From NCBI GenBank assembly GCA_000743035.1, contig CP008936.1:330001-362000 (forward strand): 32,000 nt of DNA, written 5' to 3'. The notes under the pieces are model-generated. The model was not told where the DNA came from. It searched no databases and saw only the letters and a list, made by a program, of their open reading frames with translations. Positions 25,448 through 32,000 of this stretch are shown here, piece after piece. The DNA is from Candidatus Paracaedimonas acanthamoebae. Its GTDB lineage: Bacteria; Pseudomonadota; Alphaproteobacteria; Caedimonadales; Caedimonadaceae. Every line of letters begins with the position of its first letter. The first letter of the stretch is position 1. The position numbers were made by a program, and so were the translations under genes.

Positions 25448-28400
25448 ATGCAAATATTAAAACTAGACCATTTGATTAAAGAGTCTTCTCAGGTAACTTT
25501 GGAGGGGATTCCGGAAGAGGCAGAAGCTTTTTTGTTAAAAGAGATGCTTGCGCAGAAATTAGGCACTTCCTTTATCTATATTTGTCATCATGAAACTCAT
25601 ATTAATGAACTGGAAGCCACGCTGAGGTTTTTGTGTCCTGATCTCGATATATTAATATTCCCTCCGTGGGATTGTTTGCCTTACGATCGGATGTCTCCTA
25701 GGCAGGATATCACTGGTGACCGAGTGACCACGTTGCTTAAACTCAATAAAGGTTTTGATAAACCAATACTTATTATTACAACAATTCAAGCTTTTCTCCA
25801 GCGCGTGGCACCTCAAGAGATATTTAAAAATGCTGAACTTTATTTAAAAGCAGGAGCTCATTTTAATCTTAAAGATTTTGAGAACTACTGTCATAAATAT
25901 GGGTTCACGCGCGTCTCAACGGTTAGAGAACCATCTGAATATGCTGTGCGAGGGGGTATTATTGATCTCTTTCCGCCGAGTTCCGATCAACCTTATCGAT
26001 TAGATCTTTTTGGGGATGAGATTGATAATATTAAACTATTTGATCCTTTCTCTCAGAGAAGCTTAGAAAGTGTTAAAGAAATCAATCTAACGCCCAGTTG
26101 TGAAGTGTTGCTTGATGAGAAATCTATCGAAGCTTTTCGGACTTCCTATCGGAAAGTCTTTGGGCATACGGGAGAAAAGGATCCTCTCTATCAAGCAATT
26201 AGCGCCGGTCAAAGTTATGCTGGGATGGAGCATTGGCTCCCTTTATTTTATCCTCATCTTGAAACGCTCCTAGACTATGTTCCGGAGGCAACTTTAGTCT
26301 TTGATACCAAAGCATTTGAAACAGCAAAAGCTCAGCTTGAACTTATTCAGGAAAATTACCACGCTAGACAAGAGTTTGTGAATATCAGAGCTGATAATAG
26401 ACCGCCTTATTATCCTTTGCCACCAGAGCTATTGTATCTCTCTCTTGAAGATATAGAGAGAAATATTAGCGGCAAAACAGTCGTGCATTTTTCGCCGTTT
26501 TCTAAAGAAGGAAGCGCTCAATTGGAAGGGCGTATAATGCAAGATTTTAGTGCTGCCAGAGTTCAACAAAATATCAACCTTATTGACGCGCTTAAGGAAA
26601 GAAGTGAAGGTTATATAAAAGCGCAAAAAAAAGTTCTTCTCTCTTGTATGACAATAGGGTCGCGCTTAAGACTACAAGGCTTATTACAAGACCATGGTTG
26701 CCAAGCAAGCTTAGTTGAAACATGGGCTGATTTTACAGCTCTACCAGCGTCAGTTATTGGAATTGCATTAATTCCGATTGAACAAGGTTTTGAGTTTAAA
26801 CATTTTGTTTTGATCACTGAGCAAAATATTTTTGGCGAACGTCAAAGTCAGCCTCTTAAAAGAAAGCGACGTTCCGATCTTTTTATTGGAGAAGCTTCAG
26901 CCCTCAATGAAGGCGATTATGTGGTACACCAAGAGCATGGGATTGGGCAATTTCAAGGTTTGCAGACATTGCACGTCGGCAACATTCCTCATGATTGTGT
27001 CAGTCTCATTTATGAAGGGGGTGATAAGCTTTTTGTTCCTGTTGAGAATTTAGAGATACTTTCTCGATACGGGGGCGAAGACAGTATTGTGTCGCTCGAT
27101 AAGCTCGGGAGTTCTGCGTGGCAGCAACGAAAGGCGCGCGTTAAGAAAAGGCTTGAAGATATTGCTGAGCATCTGATTGCACTTGCGGCTGAGCGGGCTT
27201 TGCGCGTAGGAGAAATTTACCAACCTTCAGAAGGCCTGTATAACGAATTTTCTGCCCGTTTCCCTTATCATGAAACAGAAGATCAAGAGCGTGCGATTTT
27301 AGAAGTTTTACAAGATCTTGAATCTGGTAAGCCAATGGATCGCTTAATATGCGGCGATGTTGGATTTGGAAAGACAGAGGTGGCTTTACGTGCAGCTTTT
27401 GTCGTAGCAACGGCAGGGAAGCAAGTCGCAATCATTACACCAACGACCTTATTGTGCCGCCAACATTACCAAAATTTCCAAAAGCGCTTTGAAGGATTTG
27501 GTCTTAAGGTTGCGCAATTATCCCGTTTAGTTTCGGCAAGGGAAGCTTCAGAAATTAAAGAAGGCCTAGAAAAAGGGCATATTGATTTGGTCGTGGGAAC
27601 GCATGCGCTCTTTGCACAATCCACCCATTTTAAAAATCTAGGGCTTGTTATCGTTGATGAAGAGCAACATTTTGGCGTCAAACAAAAAGAAAAACTAAAG
27701 GATCTGCAAAAGGATGTTCATGTCTTAACGTTGACGGCAACGCCGATTCCGCGAACATTGCAGATGTCTTTAAGTGGTGTGAGAGACATGAGTATTATTG
27801 CAACGCCTCCTGTCGACCGTCTTGCTGTAAGAACATTTGTGATGCCTTTTGATGAGATTGTGATACGAGAGGCATTGACACGCGAGTTCAATCGCGGAGG
27901 ACAAGTTTTTTATGTTTGTCCGCGCATTGAGGATCTTGAGAGCATTCGAGAGAAATTAAAAATCTTGATGCCTGAGGCAAAAGTTGCAGTGGCTCATGGT
28001 CAGTTGGCCCCCACCATTCTGGAGAAGATCATGAATGATTTTTATGATCGTCATTATTCAATCCTTCTCTCAACCAATATTATTGAATCAGGCCTTGATA
28101 TTCCGGCGGTCAATACAATTATTATTCATCGATCAGATCTTTTTGGGTTAGCTCAATTGTATCAATTAAGGGGCCGTGTTGGGCGTTCTAAGACAAGAGG
28201 TTATGCTTATTTAACAATTCCGGATGTGATCACCCCAACGGCACAGAAGCGTTTAGAAGTCATGCAAACGCTTGATACGCTGGGGGCTGGGTTTCAGTTA
28301 GCAAGCCATGATATGGATATCAGAGGCGCAGGAAATCTTCTTGGCCAGCAGCAATCAGGGCATATTCGAGAAGTGGGGGTTGAGCTTTACCAACAAATGT

Positions 28401-28915
28401 TGCAAGACGCGGTTGACACAGTGCGTCATAAATCAACAGGTGTAGTGCCTCAGCAAACAGCGGTATGGACGCCGCAAATTCATCTTGGTTTGCCGATCCT
28501 GATTCCTGAAGAATATGTTGTCGATCTTTCAACGCGTTTGACGTTATATCGTCGTCTTTCAAATTTAGAAAATGAAGAAGAAATAGAAGGTTTTATCTTA
28601 GAGTTATTAGATCGATTTGGCCCTTTACCTGAAGAAGTTAAAAACCTCTTAAGCGTCCTTAAACTAAAACAATTATGTCGTCAGGTAGGTGTTGAAAAGA
28701 TTGAGACCGGTGAGAAGGGGGCCATTTTTACCTTGTATAATAATACGTTTCCAAATCCTGCTGCGCTCATTCAATTTATTCAAACACAACCAGGAACCGT
28801 GAAACTCAGGCCAGATCATAAGCTTGTCTTTTTACGGGTTTGGAAAGAAGCAAAAGAACGAGTAGAGGGGTGTGAGGGTATCCTGAAAGAATTGAAAATG
28901 TTGATATCGCACTAA
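25448..28915 (+). CDS. mfd: Transcription-repair coupling factor Mfd
   Basis: 1155 aa. UvrB-homology N-terminus, CarD/RID block (GDYVVHQEHGIGQFQGL), superfamily-2 helicase motifs GDVGFGKTEVA and DEEQHFG, and a TRG/TRCF C-terminal domain. Confidence 0.97.
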   Translation: MQILKLDHLIKESSQVTLEGIPEEAEAFLLKEMLAQKLGTSFIYICHHETHINELEATLRFLCPDLDILIFPPWDCLPYDRMSPRQDITGDRVTTLLKLNKGFDKPILIITTIQAFLQRVAPQEIFKNAELYLKAGAHFNLKDFENYCHKYGFTRVSTVREPSEYAVRGGIIDLFPPSSDQPYRLDLFGDEIDNIKLFDPFSQRSLESVKEINLTPSCEVLLDEKSIEAFRTSYRKVFGHTGEKDPLYQAISAGQSYAGMEHWLPLFYPHLETLLDYVPEATLVFDTKAFETAKAQLELIQENYHARQEFVNIRADNRPPYYPLPPELLYLSLEDIERNISGKTVVHFSPFSKEGSAQLEGRIMQDFSAARVQQNINLIDALKERSEGYIKAQKKVLLSCMTIGSRLRLQGLLQDHGCQASLVETWADFTALPASVIGIALIPIEQGFEFKHFVLITEQNIFGERQSQPLKRKRRSDLFIGEASALNEGDYVVHQEHGIGQFQGLQTLHVGNIPHDCVSLIYEGGDKLFVPVENLEILSRYGGEDSIVSLDKLGSSAWQQRKARVKKRLEDIAEHLIALAAERALRVGEIYQPSEGLYNEFSARFPYHETEDQERAILEVLQDLESGKPMDRLICGDVGFGKTEVALRAAFVVATAGKQVAIITPTTLLCRQHYQNFQKRFEGFGLKVAQLSRLVSAREASEIKEGLEKGHIDLVVGTHALFAQSTHFKNLGLVIVDEEQHFGVKQKEKLKDLQKDVHVLTLTATPIPRTLQMSLSGVRDMSIIATPPVDRLAVRTFVMPFDEIVIREALTREFNRGGQVFYVCPRIEDLESIREKLKILMPEAKVAVAHGQLAPTILEKIMNDFYDRHYSILLSTNIIESGLDIPAVNTIIIHRSDLFGLAQLYQLRGRVGRSKTRGYAYLTIPDVITPTAQKRLEVMQTLDTLGAGFQLASHDMDIRGAGNLLGQQQSGHIREVGVELYQQMLQDAVDTVRHKSTGVVPQQTAVWTPQIHLGLPILIPEEYVVDLSTRLTLYRRLSNLENEEEIEGFILELLDRFGPLPEEVKNLLSVLKLKQLCRQVGVEKIETGEKGAIFTLYNNTFPNPAALIQFIQTQPGTVKLRPDHKLVFLRVWKEAKERVEGCEGILKELKMLISH

Positions 28916-28942
28916 AGTGTAAATACTTTATGAGAATAATTT

Positions 28943-29251
28943 ATGAATGAGAGAAAAATGAAAGAAGAATATACTGTTCTTGCAATTGTCGAAGCAAAGG
29001 TTGGCCAAGAAGAGCTTCTTAAGCAGGCTTTAGGGAAGGTGGCTGAGTTGAGCCGCACAGAGAATACATGCCTAGCATATCGTCTTCATCAAGATTTAAA
29101 TAATCCTACTCAATTTTTCTTTTATGAAACCTGGGAAAGCAAGGAAGCACATCAAGCGCAATTTGGAAAGCCCTACATACAAGAGCTTGCAACTCAACTT
29201 GAATCTTTATTAACAAAGCCATACCAGGTAATTTTTGCGCAAGAAATTTAG
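28943..29251 (+). CDS. ABM-domain (antibiotic biosynthesis monooxygenase-like) protein
   Basis: About 100 aa with a ferredoxin-like pattern: AIVEAKVGQEE.., C..Y.L.QD..NP..F.FYE.WES.EA...H.... Confidence 0.75.
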   Translation: MNERKMKEEYTVLAIVEAKVGQEELLKQALGKVAELSRTENTCLAYRLHQDLNNPTQFFFYETWESKEAHQAQFGKPYIQELATQLESLLTKPYQVIFAQEI

Positions 29252-29328
29252 TCTATAGGTATAAGAAAAAATCTATATAGTTCAAAGGCTTTTTCAAAAG
29301 ATTTAGGAGCACGGGCATTTATAAAGGA

Positions 29329-30240
29329 ATGTTTTTAATATCGCTTTTTACAAAGTTGACCTCTTTATTAGATCCGCAACGTGATTCTTCTAAAGTTGTC
29401 CTCAGCATCTGTCTGATGATCCTCTGGGCCTTGAGCTTTACGGTGGCCATGTCTTTTGCCAAAATTGTTCGTGGTGAGATCCCCAGCCTTATGATTCTTT
29501 TCTTAAGGTGTTTCTTTGGTTTCCTTTTCTTTTCTCCTTTTGTGATCAAAGAAGGAATAAGTGGCTTACGCACAAGGCGCCCGTTTCTTCATGGAATTCG
29601 CGTCATATTAACGTGTACAGCAATGTTTTGTACTTATTATGCCTATCGCCATTTACCCCTAGCAACTGCTTCTGCGATTGGATTTACAAGCCCTTTATTT
29701 ACAACAATATTTTCCTTTTTATTTTTTAAGGAGAAAATATCCTATAAGAAATGGATGACAATCTTCGCAGGGTACCTTGGAGTTCTCATTATCCTCCGAC
29801 CCTTTTCCTTGCACTTTGACAAAGCTATGTACGTTGCTCTTTTGGCTAACGCTGTAGCAAGCGGGTCTATCATTGCAGCTAAGAGACTTTCATCAACAGA
29901 ATCGACGATTACAATCCTATTTTATACCAATGTCGCCACGTTTCTTCTATCATCTTTTTCTGTCATATGGGTCTGGCAAGCACCTGAAATGAGAGAGATT
30001 TTGATCCTCGCGTGTGTTGGCCTTGCAGGCATCTTATCGCAATTTTTTTATATTAAAGCCTTGAAGCTTGGAAAGCCTTCCTTTTTATCTCCATTTGAAT
30101 ATACGCGCCTTCTGTTTGCGATTCTTGTGGGATCGTTATTTTTTCATGAGACTCTTGATCTATGGTCCTTGATGGGTGCTCTTGTTATTATTCTTGCGAC
30201 ATTTTTTCTAAGTCGTATGGAAATAAATTCACAAAAATAA
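29329..30240 (+). CDS. EamA/DMT-family transporter (intact)
   Basis: 303 aa with 10 predicted TM segments in two EamA-like halves. SD aaagga lies immediately upstream of the ATG. Confidence 0.82.
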   Translation: MFLISLFTKLTSLLDPQRDSSKVVLSICLMILWALSFTVAMSFAKIVRGEIPSLMILFLRCFFGFLFFSPFVIKEGISGLRTRRPFLHGIRVILTCTAMFCTYYAYRHLPLATASAIGFTSPLFTTIFSFLFFKEKISYKKWMTIFAGYLGVLIILRPFSLHFDKAMYVALLANAVASGSIIAAKRLSSTESTITILFYTNVATFLLSSFSVIWVWQAPEMREILILACVGLAGILSQFFYIKALKLGKPSFLSPFEYTRLLFAILVGSLFFHETLDLWSLMGALVIILATFFLSRMEINSQK

Positions 30241-30329
30241 TGCTTATTTTTCTTGATGATCTTGATAAATGTGAGCCTCTTAAAGCCTCCTCATTATTAT
30301 AAATCTCCTGTTTGGCGTCATTCAAGAAA

Positions 30330-30354
30330 AAGGCCTCAGGTTTTCTGAGGCCTT
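30330..30354. terminator. Bidirectional rho-independent terminator
   Basis: aaggcctcag (30330-30339), 5-nt loop, ctgaggcctt (30345-30354). It is flanked by an A-run upstream and a T-run downstream, between convergent genes. Confidence 0.75.
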
Positions 30355-30367
30355 AGATTTTTAAGAA

Positions 30368-30646
30368 TTAAAATGTTTGTTCAACAATTGAAAGGATGTC
30401 ATTCTTCTTAATCCCGCTCGCCTTAGCATTCAAAAGCGCATATACTGAAAGATCACGGATGCCTTCTACGGTAAAACGAAACTCTTCAGATGTTTCTTTT
30501 TGTTGTCTTAATAAACTCACCTCAGCTTTAAGGATGGTTGGTGCTGTATATTGGCCTTGTTTATTGCTAATGAGGGTAACAATTTCACCGTTAATTGTTT
30601 TTAAAAGGATGCCTTTTAAAATAATATTATTAGAAAAGAAATCCAA
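30368..30646 (-). CDS. Hypothetical small protein (doubtful)
   Basis: 92 codons with protein-like composition, ending just before the terminator. Only a TTG start is available and there is no visible SD. Confidence 0.35.
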   Translation of the reverse strand: MDFFSNNIILKGILLKTINGEIVTLISNKQGQYTAPTILKAEVSLLRQQKETSEEFRFTVEGIRDLSVYALLNAKASGIKKNDILSIVEQTF

Positions 30647-30742
30647 AACTTGTTTTTTTCGAGGAAAGCTTACTGCAGACTAAAGTTTTTTTGCGTTTTC
30701 AAAAGCTAATTGTTCTTTATCAGAAACATCGATCTTTAGCAC

Positions 30743-31852
30743 TTAAGCAAAAGAAGGAGTTGAAGCATCAATGGTCTTTCTTTCTTCTTCCTTTTTTACA
30801 TCTGCTTCTAAAGTGTCATAAGTCGTTTGATACTCTGGGCTTAAGACAACAACCTTTTGTTTAGACACAGAACTCTGTGCAGGCCCAGACCCTGGAGGAG
30901 GAGGTGGTGGTGGTGGCGCAAAGCTAGATGATGGTATAGCTGCTGAGCTAGCGTTCGTCACACTTTGAAGAAGTTGGGAATTTTCTTCTGTTAATTTTTT
31001 AATAACAGCTTCGAGCTTTTGCATTTCCTCATTAGGTTGAGCTTTAATAGTGGAGATTAATTTTTTAAGTTGAGTGGAGTCAGCTGGTTCTAAGATGGCT
31101 TCAATGTTAAAAGTGTAGCTTTGTGCTAAAGGATTGTCACTAGTGAGCCACTTTTTGGCCTGAGTAATAAGTGCTTCATCATACTGAAAAGTAATAACGA
31201 CGCTGTTTTTTTTTAGGTCTGGAAAAGCATCAAGCACATTGAGAATTTGTTTTTTATTCGAGAAAACAGCATATGAGGAAGGGAGCATTGCTTTAAAGGC
31301 TTCTTTTATAGCTTGATCATTTTCCTCTGATTCACCAGGAACCCAAAAACGATAGCTTATACCATTAACAGTCACATGATTTTCTGTTTTTAATCCATTA
31401 AAAGCATTGCAAGCTAAATTATAAGGAGCATACTTTTTGATAATTGCTTGAATCTCTAATTGAGAGTCCACTTGAAGCTGAGAGGCGCTAGAGGAGGGAC
31501 TTTGCTTTTCCTCTTGATCATCACTCGCATACGAAATGCTGGCAAGACTGAGAAAAGCCTTGGTTAAGAGTAGATATTTCTTCATGGTTAAGTGTCCTGC
31601 TAAAGTTAGGGGAATGGACTCTACACATTTTATATTTAGGAAACATTTTTGAACTTTTAAGTGCAATTTTTGACTGTAAGGGTTTGCAGAAAGGCATAAG
31701 TCGTTTATGAGATTCTTCTCATGATTTTCTCCGGAATAGCTTTTTGCACTTGATAATTCTCTTTCTTGTCGCTTTTTAAGTATTAGGTTTTTTCCTGTAA
31801 AAGAACTTCTAATGGCCCCTTTAATTTTCTGATAAATATTCTTATGTAGCAT
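30743..31852 (-). CDS. Hypothetical exported or membrane-anchored protein with a coiled-coil and a polyproline (P8) tract
   Basis: ATG 31852 follows a consensus SD (acaggaggtaaaaATG). The frame stays open for 89 codons before an internal Met at 31585 that begins a classical signal peptide (MKKYLLLTKAFLSLASISYA). It is unresolved whether the product is 369 aa with a signal anchor or 280 aa with a cleaved signal peptide. FAPPPPPPPPGSGP lies near the C-terminus. Confidence 0.7.
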   Translation of the reverse strand: MLHKNIYQKIKGAIRSSFTGKNLILKKRQERELSSAKSYSGENHEKNLINDLCLSANPYSQKLHLKVQKCFLNIKCVESIPLTLAGHLTMKKYLLLTKAFLSLASISYASDDQEEKQSPSSSASQLQVDSQLEIQAIIKKYAPYNLACNAFNGLKTENHVTVNGISYRFWVPGESEENDQAIKEAFKAMLPSSYAVFSNKKQILNVLDAFPDLKKNSVVITFQYDEALITQAKKWLTSDNPLAQSYTFNIEAILEPADSTQLKKLISTIKAQPNEEMQKLEAVIKKLTEENSQLLQSVTNASSAAIPSSSFAPPPPPPPPGSGPAQSSVSKQKVVVLSPEYQTTYDTLEADVKKEEERKTIDASTPSFA

Positions 31853-32000
31853 TTTTACCTCCTGTTGTTTTTTATCTTTGTTCCTTGTTATCCAAACCCT
31901 CATTTACCTCATCATGCTTTCCTTCCTTTCCCCCCATTTGCGCCTCTCACGTACGAGTGATGACTTTTTGGTACTTTTCAGCATCCCTTTGTTGCCTGAG
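31850..32000 (-). repeat. Module copy X3, an inverted copy of X2, running off the window edge
   Basis: The reverse complement reads ctcaggcaacaaagggatgctgaaaag...gtgagaggcg...aaacaacaggaggtaaaaATG, against X2 ctcaggcaaccagaggatgctgaaagt...atgagaggca...aaacaacaggaggcaaaaATG. Both are the same length, about 150 nt, from ctcagg to ATG. The hairpin would lie beyond base 32000. Confidence 0.7.

Noticed and set aside
30396-30683. + strand ORF of 95 aa overlapping the 92-aa minus-strand ORF.
   Set aside because: Its composition is Cys/Phe/Leu-rich and unlike a real protein. It would read through the region after a strong terminator with no promoter or SD. The minus-strand frame is the more plausible of the two, though still doubtful.
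31853-31903. Longest-ORF start (ATG 31903) for the polyproline protein.
   Set aside because: This stretch belongs to the repeat module, which is non-coding in its other copy. ATG 31903 has only a gaggt 2 nt upstream, whereas ATG 31852 has a consensus SD with 5-nt spacing.
1-32000. Numerous antisense or nested track ORFs inside confident genes (for example 417-620, 743-994, 1884-2093, 4904-5086, 5341-5532, 6532-6789, 6834-7016, 10460-10654, 11204-11389, 11597-11815, 11852-12139, 14035-14226, 14465-14662, 15520-15759, 15878-16069, 17284-17475, 19247-19519, 19857-20066, 20378-20611, 20705-20923, 26429-27681, 28320-28562, 29319-29573, 29508-29729).
   Set aside because: These are shadow ORFs fully overlapping well-supported genes. 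They have no SD and biased composition.
1-32000. A by-eye search for tRNA/rRNA genes, CRISPR arrays, intact IS elements, prophage or defence-system genes.
   Set aside because: I saw no T-arm-like GGTTCGAATCC motifs and no regularly spaced direct repeats. No nuclease, methylase, toxin or integrase ORFs are present apart from the dead transposase tail. A by-eye scan cannot exclude small ncRNAs.

Overview
AT-rich (about 40% GC by eye) bacterial chromosome segment, densely coding and mostly housekeeping. Gene content and synteny point to an alphaproteobacterium, plausibly an intracellular Rickettsiales/Holosporales-like lineage; this is inference only. The supporting signs are rnc-era, infA-maf-rng-yacG, a long Rickettsia-style icd, and scattered flagellar genes. 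Left to right the window holds: rnc (5' truncated), era, a frameshifted papain-family peptidase, and a 1.8-kb gene desert filled with hairpin repeats. Then come a secreted low-complexity protein, a LysE-family exporter, infA, maf, an RNase E/G-family gene, yacG, fabI, sppA and icd. A small island follows (hypothetical membrane protein plus an IS transposase remnant), then fliF-fliG, fliN and flhF-flhG. The rest is glmM, an orphan SagB-type dehydrogenase, a frameshifted EamA transporter, apbC/mrp, a 3-hydroxyisobutyryl-CoA hydrolase-like enzyme, mfd, an ABM monooxygenase, an intact EamA transporter, a doubtful small ORF and a secreted polyproline protein. I saw no rRNA, tRNA, CRISPR array, intact mobile element or recognisable defence/toxin system. 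The most unusual signal is a family of non-coding modules: a GC-rich hairpin, a purine-rich leader of about 150 nt, and a consensus SD plus ATG. They are degenerately and tandemly repeated at about 3.1-4.3 kb, and an inverted copy lies at the right window edge, fused to the 5' end of the polyproline protein gene. Other points worth a second look: two genes each broken by a +1 indel in a 5-nt A/T homopolymer, a Maf homologue that has lost its catalytic motifs, a perfect CtrA box upstream of fliF, twin perfect palindromes in the apbC/hydrolase divergent promoter region, and the orphan SagB-like enzyme. All coordinates and alignments were done by eye, and nothing was searched against databases.
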